Source of the DNA: Lingula anatina
Taxonomy: Eukaryota > Animalia > Brachiopoda
DNA: 64,000 bases
Reading direction: 5' to 3'
Assembly: GCA_051362555.1 (NCBI GenBank)
Contig: CM120645.1
Span: 1,860,001 to 1,924,000, forward strand
Both the position numbers and the translations under genes were made by a program. The notes below the pieces were generated by a model. It was not told the DNA's origin and did no database searches. It worked only from the letters and a program-made list of their open reading frames with translations. This document shows positions 12,682 through 26,989 of the stretch, piece by piece. Each line of letters begins with the position of its first letter. Position 1 is the first letter of the stretch.

Positions 12682-15600
12682 CTTAAAATGACTCTTATGT
12701 ATGTGTAGGTGTCAGTATATTAACAGCAATTGAAATTTTCATGCAGAAAAGCCGAATGCATTACTGAGGAGCAAATAAAGACATTTATTGAGTGGGACAA
12801 CTCAATCACATTGTATTGGGAAAAAAAGAAGTTCAATTATTCAGTTCACGGTTCAGTTCCTACTGCCTGGTCAATCTTTGAAAGTTGCCAATTTTTATGC
12901 ATTAATGTGTAGAATTTTGTGGTCTGCAGTCAAAAGCATAGGAATTACACAGAAACTTACAGCTTTTATACAGAACAGGAATGGATACTGTGGCAGGAAT
13001 TGTAGAATATTTTTGTTGATAATACATGATGCTGTTTACCATCTACATCATATAACAATGTCATCCAGTTATCTGAAGGATTTCAAACTTATAGTTTGGG
13101 TTGAAACTGAATCCTCAAGACAAACAAATAAATAAATAATGATGTGTACAATATTCCATCATTTAATATCATTAATTTGATCCTCAATCATTAAACAAAT
13201 CTGAATGAAAAACTGAACCAAAATTTTCAGTTGAAATATGAAGAAACTATCATTAGGCATTTCTTTCACTCTCTCGAGCTCTCACGCACACACACGTGCA
13301 AATACACGCACACACACACATTCCATGTTATGCCACGCATCCTAGTATGGCACATTCCATCAAAACTGATGGTTTTTAATGCACGGAATGCATGTGGGAG
13401 TTAAACATCTCTCTTGTCCGTTAGTGCTAAATAACTTGTGATGCTTCGTGGAGCACAGCAGATAAAAAAGGGAAAAAATAGAGCAGTGCTTAAAATAAGA
13501 GGGAAATATTAGCATTATGCAGCACTACAAAATGTTACTTTGATGATGTGGTGAACTTAAAACATGTACAGAGCAAAAGCCTATGATAAAAAATATATAA
13601 AGAATCTCAGAGGTATGCTTTTCTCTGTGAGATGTTCTTTGCTTAAATAATTTTTTTTAAAGTCATATCATTTTGTTCTGTAAATAATTACAAAATAAGA
13701 AAAAACAACAATAATAATAATAAAAACAAGAGATGCATGTATGTACCATGGGATGGCACTGTAGAGTTTCAACCCAACTAATGAAGTCCTGGAGGAGTTA
13801 AACCTCCTCAGTCTAGTCTCTGAGTCATTTTAAATGTATTGTCTAATGTTTGTACTTTTAACAGGATATGCAGTTACTGGTATTCTTCCAGTCAGTGAAA
13901 CTAAAGGGCACCTGCATAAAGACTGCAGTAGAAAATGCCATTATACCACACGCCAGCTAAATTAAATACAACTTAATGTTAGAGCTCATTCCAATTGAAA
14001 ATATCGGCCTATTTAGATTGCTCCAATTCTGTGGGGACTCACGCTGAATGCAACCAGTTTAACAGATTTACACAGTTCCTCTTGTTTTTAACACAGTTGT
14101 ATAATCACCAACTTCTCTGTATTTTACTCAACTGAAGGAAGAGGCATGCTCTAAATAATCCGTTTAACTGACAGCACTGGGCAAAGGTTTCTGTAGAGTT
14201 GGATAAATCTATGTAGACAGACAGTTTCAGTGGGAGCGAGCCCTTCTTTGCTAATACATATTTAACAAGGTATTTTTTTTTCAGTTATTTATAACATTGC
14301 ACTATAAATAAAAGCTAGCCAAATGCAGCTGACATTTAAAGGACTTTTGTTCACACCATACAGAACAAGAGGCAACAGCAAAGGTACAGTGTGTGTGAAT
14401 GTGTGCGTGTAAGTGTAAAATTACCATGATTCTTTGTAGTTAAACAAAACCAAGACTTTCAAATTCACAGATGTTAAGTCATAGGCTAGGGTCTTGTTTG
14501 TGCATGGCTGTTATAGGCAATGCAAACTGCATATGTAAGTCAACAGTCAATTTTTAAAACATCATATTCTGTTCATATCAACTTCCCAGGAGGATGCTAG
14601 AAAAAAGGGGCGAGTGACCCAAAATGAGCAATGATACCATACAAAGGGTTTATACATCTTTACACTTGCCCTTTTATAATAAACATCTTTAAAAAAGGAA
14701 AGTATGGCCAGACGCAACTGATGAATTGGTTTAAGAGCTTTGGCTACCTTTAAACAGTGCCAGTAGATAAAATTTGTCTTGTTTTTTTTTTTTTTTAACA
14801 AATGATGTTTAAAAAGCATAGTAGTTAAATTTTGGGTTTTTTTTTCAAATTCTTTTTCCATTTAAGTGCACATAAAACTACAACTTTAAGGGTTTTTTAA
14901 TCACTCTAGATTTCTCTCACCAGATATTTTGCTAAACAAATACCCATGCAGTACTCAATACATATTTCTTATTGAAAATAAATAAAATCAGGTGCAAAAT
15001 ATTTAGATTTTCTCTCACAAGATGAATTCACCAGGTTTTATCAGTAATTTTGTCTATATAATTAACCTATAAAGAGTGCAGTTAGTCCCCAGCCTTAGTT
15101 ACCTCTGCTGAAAGCATAATTGTTATAATTGTAATTATACTTGAAGCACACCTGCTAAATCAAAATTATTTATATTAAATTCTAATGGTCTTTTATTTTT
15201 TATTCATGCAGTTCTTTTATGCCTTATTCCTTTAAGCTTTTATCCCAACTCCAACAGTTCTTTTCACATTAATTCTACAGGTCTTCTCTCTTTAAATTCC
15301 GTAAGTCTTTTATCTATTATTTCTGCAGGTGTTTAATCCTTTTTTCCTTAATAATCTCATTCATTCCCTTAAGATACTCGTTAATGTCTCTTGAAAATAA
15401 AATAAGACTTAGTTTATAGGACGCAATATTGAAAAAGATCCCGTCAAGTCCCATATGTACATTAATATCTGCGGAGATGAATTAACACTAGCTTTATGGA
15501 CTCAGATTTATTGAGTGATGATATTGAAAAAGATGATACCAGGAAACAATGTTCCATCATTACCATTTCATCTCATCCTTGACTGAGCAGAGTAATGAGG

Positions 15601-16595
15601 CGGAAAATGGTCGAGTGCTGACTGGAACATTACGCTATTAAGATGGCATGATAGAACTTCAACATCTGCAATGTCGTCTGCCTGACATGGATAATGTGAA
15701 GATCTCGATAAAAGACTCGCATTTCTCACTGATTGCTTGTGGGTGGGTTCAGACAGGGACCAGTTTGGGACCGTAACAATTCTCAGTCATGTGGCTATCT
15801 GAACATTAGTTTGACCAATTGCCAATCTAGAGAAGTCTCTGTCTGCACACAGGGCTCTTGTTCGGAGGATTCTGATCATTTAAATAGTAAACTGTGTGAA
15901 AATAATTTAGATAATCAAAAAAAAAATTATTTAATTAATCAAATAATAATAATAAAATTTGTAGTACATCCTCTTTTAGCTTCAAATTTTCACTCATTAT
16001 CTCAACTTCTTAACCAATCCATTCTAAAAAGGCTTCCTTTCATCCGCTCTTCAAATTATAACATTTCTCCTTAAAAATGATCTATCAAAACTTGCCATCC
16101 CAATATTAGCACCATGATACTGAGAGGTTTATCGGTAGCAAAGTGGGGAAAACTGTAAGCATGAGGGGAAACAGAATATTGGAAGTGTTAACGTGGGATT
16201 TATCAAGATGTGGAGCAAATTACAAGAGTTAAATCTGTAAAAATGGCGTGGAAATGGTGGAATTGTTTGTAATTGCCTGTGGAAGTGGTATATAGGAAAC
16301 CTTTACGGAGGTGTAGTGGGATTCATCTAGGAGGTGTGAAGAAAATCCAGTGAGGAGTATCTGTTAAAATGGTGTGAAAGTGGTGATAATGCAGATAACG
16401 GTTTGCGGTAGTTGGAGAGCACAGTTATTAATGGCAATCATAGCTAACACCACCAATTCTTCTTCTGAATTCTTCTCCAATTTGTCTATACAGGCAAATA
16501 CTACAGAGCACTTTATCATACCTCACATTAACAAGCCTTGCTCACTAAAAAGGTCTATAAAGATATCTTAATAATCAAATTCACAAATACTACAT

Positions 16596-16752
16596 CGGAC
16601 ATGAGCCTAGGTTTAAAAAAAACAAAACAAAAATAACTATGAACATTTACCATGGGACCCAACACCTAACTGGCTGGAGAATCTCAGGAACCATCAGAAT
16701 TGAATTAAAAAACGCAGAATTCCGCATTTCTGCGAAAAAAAACTCATGTCTG
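16596..16752. mobile_element. MITE family B, copy 1
   Basis: TIRs CGGACATGAG / CTCATGTCTG, flanks CTACAT/TTACAT. Internal GAATCTCAGGAACCAT.AGAA.TGAA is shared with 33550 and 47925. Confidence 0.85.
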
Positions 16753-17046
16753 TTACATGCTGAAAATGAAAAATAAAAAAATATGCCACGAGGGAGCACA
16801 CTCTCTTTTACGGACTTAAAAGAAAATTAAAACAGTGCTGCCCTTTCCTAGGATTTTCCAAACGACATTTCTGATGGAAAATTTAATGGAAGTCCACAAC
16901 ACATTATTCCTTTTCAGTTTGGAGAAAAGAAACTGTTAAGGAATATATTTCTTATGGTACTTGACAGAAAAATGATAATAGCGCCTCCTGTGGTATTCCC
17001 ATCTGTCATGACGACATCTCTGACAGGTGATTTAAATTGAAAGCGC

Positions 17047-17097
17047 TGTGTGTGTGTGTGTGTGTGGGGGGGGGGGGGGGAGAGAGAGAGAGAGAGA
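17047..17097. repeat. Compound (TG)n-(G)n-(AG)n
   Basis: Seen directly in sequence. Confidence 0.97.
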
Positions 17098-18544
17098 AGG
17101 GTGTGATTAAGGGCATGTTGTTTGTTATTGAATGTCTGAAAAACAAGCAATATGGTAGTGACTCGATCTTTTCAACGGGGAAATTTTGGATGAATTAAAA
17201 ATATGTTTCTGCAAGTGTAACATTTGTGGTGCTCCAATTGTATATAATAGAACTATATAGTAGCCTGCTTTTCAATTTCGTTGCTACCAATCAACAGGAA
17301 TGTTCTAATTTAAAGAATTTATGACTTACAAAAATGCAGTATCTGGCAAATTTACAATATTCCCCACTGAAAAGATTGAATCATTACCATAATGTATAAA
17401 AGTACACTTGCCACGGGACTTAGTGAAGGATTGAATTTATAACCCTGATGGCTTTCATCTTTAGGGCAAAAATGATGTAGACGGGGGACGCCTTGACCTG
17501 CCACCAGGAAAACCATTTTCAATATGAATTCAGTCATGTTTTCTATTAAACATCCAAAGAGCATTTTCTAGGGCTGTGAAGAAACTTTTCCATAAACTTT
17601 TTAGGACCCCTTTTTTCCATTTGCTTAAATGGATTAATTTTTTGCATTTATCACTTCTAGGTAAAAGCTGCAACTGCAGTTCTTAAACTGAAGTAGTAAC
17701 TTCATTATGTTCAAAGGATGAAGAAGTCTTTGGGATATGATTCAAGATTTACGATAAAAGAAATATTGTGTACAATTACTTTAAAAGATACTCTATCCAA
17801 ATGTCACTCTTATTCCTTTAATTGAATTTTCCAAGACAATTATTTTGCATAAATGAAAAAAGCCAATATTAAACATTGGACTTCCTTTAAAAACATCCAT
17901 CTCTCTCATCAAATCAAATTCTGAAGACTTTTTTTTCACGTTCAATCTGTCACATGACCTCCTGCTATTGGTGTAAAAAGAGCTGTGCCACTGTTCTGAT
18001 ATTCCTGATATCTGAGAAAACTCTCTGAACCGCGAGACCAATCCAGCCACCCATCTGATGAAATGAGCGTTTTAATTGAAATGCAGCTCATCCATGAGAT
18101 AATATCAATAAATCGTTACCCGGATCAAATTTACTGACACCATATACGTAGTCCCATCTATTGTTAATTATTTTATATCAATTAATGGCAGTGCTCAGAA
18201 ACCATATATTACAATGATAAAAAGACGTAAAAGACAAATTATTTTGACAATTTTCATTTTAATGGTCTGACTACTAATATGCAAATTAACAATAAACATT
18301 TCAATTATTGAGATTATATTTATAGACTAAAGACGACCTCTGTTAAAATTGCATTTTTGTGCTTCACTAATATAACATAACAAGGCAGCAAAGCTGTCAA
18401 ATGTACAGACAAAAAGCAGGAAATAACTATGCACAAAATAGGCTACTGTCAATTCTGATGCAAAAGTACATTATGTTAAACTGTAAATTCAACATCAATT
18501 TTTAATTATGCTCAACAGGAAATACCAATGAAAGTAAAATGTGT

Positions 18545-21015
18545 AACAAGCATAAGGCTTCAGGCCCATGAGAGTTCAAGTTCACACTTTGAAAATGTAT
18601 AACTTCCAGAAAAAGAAGCCAATTAGACTGCTTTTCCAACTCAGGCTGCATGCCGATTTTCGAACTTGACCTCCGTTTTAGTAAGATCGATTACTCCTGA
18701 GAGTTTCACGACAACAGGCCTATCGGTTTTCCTTGAAATGTGTTTACAGTGTTGCATATATGTTGAAAAGTGAAAGAAAAAAGCATAACTTCTACAATAA
18801 TGGCCCGATCATCCTGTTTTTTGAACTTGACCTGGGTTTTATGAATATTCATCAGCTCTTTAAATATAAAGCCCAAAAGTAAAACTGCCTTCCACTTATC
18901 GTGTTTACAATAAAAGTGCAAGGTACATCTGTACATATTTACTGTACTGTTTGAGAACAGTAAGTGACATGGTTTTTCTTAAATGGTCATCATGGGAGCA
19001 GTGCCCAAAATAGGTTTTTTTCAAATTTTGACGCAATATTACATAATGTTTAACAGCATAATGACCATCAATTTTTAAGAATAAAATATTAGTATCATGG
19101 ATATTCAGAAAATGTGACTAGCAAAGGTCTTCAGGCCCATGGAACTTCAAAGCCACAACTTGAAAATGCCAAAATGTAAACAAGACAGCACTGTTCTGAA
19201 ATGGGTTTATTTCCATTTTTAACAATTTTTAACATAAAACAAAATGAACAGTTTACTGCCATTTTTATATGATCAACTAAGAAAATTGATGAGATTGGAA
19301 AAATATCAATATAACAGTGTTAAATGTCCAATTTCCTCCATTCTGAGATTCTGAACATAGTGGATGATTGAATCTGACAAACTGCAATGATATGAGTTTA
19401 TTTCCATTTTTGACACTTTATTACACAATACACGATAAAAAGTTTACCATCATTTTTACATAATCAACTAACAATGTTGTAAAGATGCAGGAAATGTCAA
19501 ACAATCACTTTCACGTATCTTATTAGTTTAATAATGAGACTGTTAACATGCCTAAGAATTGAATCTGAGGAAATGTAAAAAAACAGCACACCTTCTAAAA
19601 TAATGGCACGATTATGCTGATTTACGTACTCAACCTGCATTTTAGTAAAATTGACCACTCCTGTGACTTTCATGACAATTGGCCTATCTGTTTTTCTTAT
19701 ATTGTGTTTACAGTGTTGCATATATGCTGAAAAAAGAAAAAAAAGCATAACTACTAAAATAGTGGCCCGATCATGCCAATTTTCGAACTTGACCTGCGTT
19801 TTAGTAAGATCAATTTTTCCTGTGAGTTTCATGACAACAGGCCTATCGGTTTTTGTTGAAATGTGTTTACAGTGTTGCATATATGCTGAAAAGTGAAAAA
19901 ACGGCATAACTTCTACAATAATGGCCCGATCATGCTGATTTTCGAACTTGACCTGCATTTTATGAATATTCATCAGCTCTGTAAATATAAAGCCAAAAAG
20001 TAAAACTGCCTTCCACTTATCGTGTTTACAAGGAAAGTGCACGGCAACGACGGCGACGGCGACGACAGTCGCAGGTGATGGCAATATGTACAGACACATC
20101 TATATATATTTACTGTACTGTTTGAGAACATGGTTTTTCTTAAATGGTCATCATGGGAGCAGTGCCCAAAATAGGTTTTTTTCAAATTTTGATGCAATAT
20201 TACATAATGTTTAACAGCATGATGACCATCAATTTTTAAGAATAAAATATTAGTATCATGGATATTCAGAAAATGTGACTAGCAAACGTCTTCAGGCCCA
20301 TGGAACTTCAAAGTCACAACTTGAAAATGCCAAAATGTAAACAAGACAGCACTGTTCTGAAATGTTTTTTTTTTTTCATTTTTAACAATTTTTAACATAA
20401 AACAAAATTAACAGTTTACTGCCATTTTTATATTATCAACTAAGAAAATTGATGAGATGGGAAAAATATCAACAGAGCAGTGTTAAATGTCCAATTTCTT
20501 CCATTCTGAGATTCTGAACATAATGAATGATTGAATCTGACAAACTGCAATGATATGAGTTTATTTCCATTTTTGAAACTTTATTACACAATACACGATA
20601 ACAAGTTTACCATCATTTTTACAAAATCAACTAACAATGTTGTAAAGATGCAGGAAATGTCAAACAAACACTTTTACGTATCTTATTAGTTTAATAATGA
20701 GACTGTTAACATGCCTAAGAATTGAATCTGAGGAAATGTGAAAAATATGCTGAAAAGTGAAAAAACAGCATAACTTCTACAATAATGGCCCGATCATGCT
20801 GATTTTCGAACTTGACCTGCGTTTTATGAATATTCATCAGCTCTGTAAATATAAAGCCAAAAAGTAAAACTGCCCTCCACTTATCGTGTTTACAAGGAAA
20901 GTGCACGGCGCCGGCATCGCCATCGCCATCGGCATCGCCATCGCCATCGGCGACGGCGACGACAGACGCAGGTGATGGCAATATGTACAGACACATCTGT
21001 GTCTGTACATAAAAA
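18545..21015 (-). mobile_element. Tandem array of three Helentron/HINE-like elements with 159-bp internal repeats
   Basis: Shared ends ...CTTCAGGCCCATG near 18547, 19118 and 20279 (CTAG/CAAG, period 1161 for the last two). 159-bp subrepeats (19673, 19832), (GGCGAC)/(GCCATC) microsatellites, and a perfect terminal hairpin at 20982-21011 followed by an A run. Confidence 0.7.
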
Positions 21016-21855
21016 TTGAAGGAATGCATGTAGCCAAGTAAAAAACAATGGCCTTTTTACACTGTCCTTAATAATGCCCATATCATTTCAATAACTTGCT
21101 AATCAAAATAGTGTATAACCCCTTTTTCTGCAATGTATTACATTTTTAATGATATATACTTTGTGTACACTGACAGGACAAATTTCGTAGGAGGAAATAA
21201 TAACTGACTGACCACCTGTTACGATAATGACCAGAAGATACATTATTAATAACAGGAAGATTTCCAGGAAAGATAATCGCATAATTAATCCTCTTAATGT
21301 GATTATTAAGTATCACCACGAACCTGTGTCACGAAAGGCTCACAATTTTGGGCTAAGCTACAGACTGATTCTAACACTCAAATAGTTGACTAAATGAACT
21401 TAAATAAGTACATAGACATCACTTAAGCCATTTTTAGGACCCGAGCTACTTAGAAAAAAAAAGAAAAAAAAACATTATGGTTATCATGACAAATGTTAAT
21501 CAAATATGATAATATTTTCACAATGTAGGATTTTAATAAACCTATCTGTAAAGTGATATTTGATACCAAACTCTCTTAAATTACCACAAGTTCTGTACAC
21601 AGGAAGGCCAATGTGTGATAAAGTATCGTTAAAACAATTTGACAACCAAAATGGATCATTCTTGACATAGGGTTTCACAGATTAACCACAGTTAAACAAG
21701 GATAATGTGCAACAATAGTATAATAAAGAATTCTAATTACCCAAATGGTATGATTTTTTCCTCAGGCGCAGGTGTATACACAGTAAGAAAGGACACATAC
21801 ATAGCGCAAAAACATTAATGATAATAAGAACTTGGTGGCCATTACACTTTTACAA

Positions 21856-22175
21856 CAGGCCTATAGGCAGCGATTTTAAATGAGGGTTTCTTTTTCTGAA
21901 AAAGTGGACCTTTTTACTCTCTTAGTTGACCTAACCTGAGAAATGGCACAGAACCTATAGATCGCATTTTTATATAGAACCTGACCTTTTGCAACCAGAA
22001 GGCCTGGTTTAGGGAGGCTCAGGTCAGTGATATAAGTGGATTCTTTACTGTCTTCTCACATATCTTAACAATTGTTTATTCAGAGAAATTTCAAAGGGGG
22101 GGGAGGGGGGCTAGGGGCACCGGGGGGGGGGGGGGGGGGGGGAGCTAGCAGATCACCCCTGCCTCCAAGGCTCTC
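21856..22175. mobile_element. Degenerate CAGGCC-ended MITE (family D) with internal poly-G
   Basis: CAGGCCTATAGGCAG versus CTGCCTCCAAGGCTCTC, flanks TTACAA/TTACAT. A related remnant lies at ~10693-10850 (CAGGCCT...TTTCAAAGGGGG...AAAAGTGGA...GAACCCCCC). Confidence 0.5.
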
Positions 22176-23098
22176 TTACATATGAAAATCCTTTAACGAC
22201 TTTTTTGAAAGTCTCTTCACATCCTAAAACAACAAAAATATTTCAGTCTGCAGAGGAATTTTTGTAGTGATGATTGCAAATGTGAGATACTCTCCAAACA
22301 ATTTTGCTTCCTCTCTCTCCAATCTTGCTCTATTGGAAGAAAAAGTACACTTGAACGCAATTTCTATAGCAATGACACAACATTAGTCATATTAATTAAT
22401 TAGGAATAGCTATTAGCCCTAGAGGTTGGTAGTTTGTAGTGCACTTCTCTTAAGTATATGCTGAGAAAGTACACTGTAATTTAAGTTAATAACATGCCAT
22501 TATTTAATACCATTAGCTGATTGGATGCACGTTAACCCTATTGAGCAAATGTCTTATGACTCTTAAATAGTTTTAGAAAAAATACTATGATAACCCAAGA
22601 TGATAACCAAAATAAGATATTGTCTAAGAGAGAGAGAGAGAGAGAGAGACACTAGACTCTGAGGGTTTCCCTACACAGATCACCAGCCAGACGCAAAATC
22701 TTGGCCAATATATTACTTCACACCACAAATACTTCACACATAACATCCCCTTCAGAGTTGCCAGCTTGATAATGGCTCTTATCTTCCCTTGCCACACCAG
22801 TACCAGTCAGAAGGCTACCAGGAGAGTTCTTAGGAAAAACAAGGAATTAAATGAAGCGTATCACAAACTCCTGCAGTGCCTTCCCCACACAACAGTTACC
22901 ACAAGCTAAAATTCCATACAAATCAATAGAGTTTTTGCTCTTTTTCATAACCTGGAACATTTATGATGACCAAGCTCTTAATTCATCAAGTAGAAATCTG
23001 ATTTACACTCCAGGCTTTTTAATGTCAATGGCCATTTGAGTTAGTTAAAGCAAGGTAAAGCTTATTTATATGCATCAGTAAAAGCTTAATTATACTGC

Positions 23099-23102
<4 letters not shown>

Positions 23103-23173
<71 letters not shown>
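23103..23173. repeat. (TA)n microsatellite
   Basis: Seen directly in sequence. Confidence 0.98.
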
Positions 23174-23176
<3 letters not shown>

Positions 23177-23518
23177 ATCTAACTTATTTTGAAATCACAA
23201 ATCTATTTTCTACTGTAACAGCCAAGTTAGTAAGGTGTAAATAGCTATACTGTTTTGATAAACTGGTAAAAAACAAACGTCAATCTCACACACTGATACA
23301 CATAGGTTATCTGTTGCATGTGGATTATGTATCCCAATGGCAGCATGTAAAATGTCTTCAGTTATCTCGAGTAATCTGTAGCAATAATAGTATATTTGCA
23401 ATGCAGGGGGTGAACTACTGACTATAACAGAACATTGCTGTATGAGAGGATGAAGAGACGTATATTGCCTTATTTATATTCAGGCAGATCCCGGGATGGA
23501 ATGAGAAACGTCTAACAA

Positions 23519-23974
23519 GGGGCTTGTTTCAAACTAGCATTTTAGATCGACAGTTGATCCTAACTTAATTTATATGTGTTCAAGCTTCAGTTCAGGCTAA
23601 TGTCCATTAATTCAATCACTAAAACAGTGTAACTATAATAGTATAAAACTATCTCTTATTTGTCATAAAAGAGGTATAATATTTCATCTAGTTGGACTAA
23701 ACATCGTGAGTCAAATTTGAAGAATGCTTTGGTGTTAAAGCTTAGAGAGCATTCAGAACAGTGGACTAAAAGATCCACGGATCAAATATGGCTACCCACT
23801 AAAAAGCTTGTCGCTTAATTCCCAAATTAGACACTGAACAGATTCTCAGCGAGAACTACGCAACAAGCATTCTAGTGGGTCTGCCATATTTGATCCGTGG
23901 ATCTGTTAGTCTGCTGTTCTGTATGTGCTCTTAGACCAACATCTAGGCTAAAGATGGTATGTGAAACAGACCCC
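23519..23974. mobile_element. Older MITE (GGGG-ended TIRs) hosting family A copy 2
   Basis: GGGGCTTGTTTCAAACTAGCATTTTAG at the left versus CTAAAGATGGTATGTGAAACAGACCCC at the right. The inverted similarity continues across the TTA insertion site. Confidence 0.6.
23745..23930. mobile_element. MITE family A, copy 2, TTA target duplication
   Basis: TTA|GAGAGCATTCAGAACAGTGGACTAAAAGATCCACGGATCAAATATGGC ... GCCATATTTGATCCGTGGATCTGTTAGTCTGCTGTTCTGTATGTGCTC|TTA. Confidence 0.9.
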
Positions 23975-24154
23975 GAAGTTTCTCTCTCTTATTACTTACC
24001 TGTTTTGACTTGAAATGTTTTAGAATAGAAACAGTGCTAACATCATTGACAATAGAGAATGAAGCAACAATGAGTTGGACTGATATCCTTTCCCAAACAG
24101 AATATGTCTGAATGAACAGATTTTCACACTAAAAATTTACTGAATTGAATATGC

Positions 24155-24155
<1 letters not shown>

Positions 24156-24238
<83 letters not shown>

Positions 24239-24252
24239 TTCTCTCTCTCTCA
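24156..24252. repeat. (CT)n microsatellite
   Basis: Seen directly in sequence. Confidence 0.98.
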
Positions 24253-26989
24253 TAAGGAACATAGGTCTACAATAGTGCTTCTCCACTGGTGTTTGTTCTG
24301 ATATGTTCTTGCTTCCCTTGTCCCAAGCAAGTTATATTCTTAATAGTTAATTCTTATTACAATTAGCTTAATCAACCCATCTCATATCTAAGTCTAAAAA
24401 GGTCTTCTGCAAGAAGTAATGCAATCCACTCCATTTTGTTATGTGTTATATGGAAATGGTTTCCAGTTTGGTCTATCCTAAAAATGGCCAATCAAAGTGA
24501 TGTTCATTTTGGCAGTTATTAAAGTGGAAAAACCAAACACTTAAATTACCCATAATACGGCAGGAAACTTGCAGCATGTGTCACTGTTTCCATGACAACA
24601 AATGTCTTTTTATGATGTGCATAAGTCAGCAAAGCAAAGCCACATAGAAGGAACAACTTTATTGCAACATTCTATGGAACTGAGGCGAGAAAATTGCTTC
24701 TGGATAGAAAATGACTGTGGTACTCTAAAGGCATTTTGCCACTGTGGTGGGCATAAAAAGAAGCAGTGGCAAATACGGTAAGTAGTGCACTGTAAAGAAG
24801 TGTGAATGCTTTTCTCAAGAGGAACTCTTTTGCTTTGCTTTGGGTTTCTTTGAAAAGCTTGTCATTAATGAATATTTTGTTAAGGTGTCAAAAGCAAACT
24901 GACATTAGCAGCCATTGATCTTGGTGTTGTACAACTTGGAAAAACTGTATTATGTTTATCAAATCTTCGAAGATAGAAAATATTCTTCCGAATTCCTCTT
25001 CTCCCATCACTCTACTTCGTATTAAAAAAGTACCTTACATTTGACAAATGCAAGTCATAGATCTATATCTGTAAAACTATTCTGGACATGCCTCAAGAAT
25101 TCTATCAGAACAGCTAGGAGCAAAACCCCTCACAGCAGTGAGCCTGGACAGACACGTGTACCACTCACCAAGCAAATGACAAATTGGAAAAGCAAATTGC
25201 AGAATACGATATTAAGACTGGCCTTTATTGCATAGTGTGAGGTGAATAGAACTTGATTATAGAATCAACTTGGTTATGACCACTGTTGTGTGCATGTAGC
25301 TACTGCTGCTTCACAGCTTCAAATAAGAAACAGAGACAAGGGTCCTGAAAAGGGCCATTTAGTCGGTGCCACTTTTCTTGAAACACTTTAGGTCTACTTT
25401 GCATTGCAAAATACTACTTTGGTCACACTGAATACCAATTGAAATGGAACCTTGATTTCCAAGGCCTGTTTGTTTTAGGTGAAGTCTTAAGTTGAAAAAC
25501 TGATCTAAGGTCAATCACTTGCTTTGTCCCTATCCTCATCATGTCTTACAATACAACCTTTCATAGGAAATTATATAAAATTAACATACAAAGGCCTGTC
25601 ATTTATCACTAAATTCCATGCAGCTACGATCTTGGTGAACAATTACTCTGGTTTTAACATATGCGGGATCAAATCCATGAATTCCTATATTTAGACAAAC
25701 TGACGTATCAATTAGCATGTGAAAAGTTCATAAAACACAAAGTTAAAGTACTGTTGCTTTTATTGCAAAAAGCAGCCCCTAATGATGTGGTAATGTAAAA
25801 ACCAGGAAAACAACCCTCATTATCAGTCAAAGGTCTTGGCCATTACAGTGTGGCCCTCATACGACGGCAAAGTGATATTGGTAATTCTCAAGGCATTGCA
25901 GAACTTAAACTGGAAATGGACTCCATGATTTATCTGTCCATCGGAAATAATTGGTCGTCATTGTATTGTTTCCCGTGGAGGACAGCTACAAAGCAAGTTA
26001 TCATCTGCTCTTTGACCGGGTGCAGCCATTGTGAGTCCGTATGGGAGGGGAGCTCATTTGGCGATCAATGATGAAAAATATTCAATCAAGGACTTAAATG
26101 TACAAAACAGGCAAGTTCATCCACACATGAGGACCAGTTTTACTTTTCAAAAAGCTAGTGATACTGAACCTATCTGAAAAATCAGGATTAACCTCTTGAA
26201 AAGGGATTTATAAACAAAAATCCACATCATAATGAGTAAATAAAAAAAAAAACTCGGTCAAATCCTTAATCCCCATATCTGACAATACATGAAGTTTTAG
26301 GGCATCACCTTTAATGAGGAAATAGCATTTCCTTGCAACACAACACAACTAATTTCACTGAGTAAAACTGTTTCAAACCAACAAACATCATGGTGAAGCA
26401 ATCATAAATATGAGAATTGACTTGTAAAAATAATATATATATTAGTAAATAAAGACGAATTTCATCTAGTGGACAATCGGGGCAGATGTTCCTCACCAAA
26501 TTCAGTCAACATTTTCTTTATATTCATTTTCTCTATCTCTGATGGACTATGTATACAGATATACTTGCTATATGGTACATTCTGGTATAAAAATGAGGAA
26601 AAAAATCCACTCTGCTTTGCAATAAACCTCTTCAATAAAATAATACAAACTAAACCTCCCCAGTGTGTCACAAGTACATCTGATAACTTGCTACCAAATA
26701 TCAACCACAGATAGAGTAGAGATTATTCATGCAATTGCATGCTTGTAAGTGAAGAGAAATGAAGTCATAATTGAATCATGAAGCAGATTATTCAACCTGA
26801 CCCCATGAAAAATTCAAGGGTTCCTTAATCCAAGCTTGTCATGCTGATTGCAGCTATGTCTGGTCTCTCTAGTAAATACTGCAATACTGCAGTATGCTAT
26901 GCTATGGAATTATATGCTATTGGACCTTTTCATTGAAATGTTTTGATATCAGGGGTCATTTTAACCTCTAAAACCTCTGATTCCCCTTT

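Noticed and set aside
19497-20099. 200-aa minus-strand ORF and overlapping ORFs at 18706-21081
   Set aside because: These are translations of 159-bp (53-codon) subrepeats of a non-autonomous element. Frames are not preserved between copies and there is no recognisable domain.
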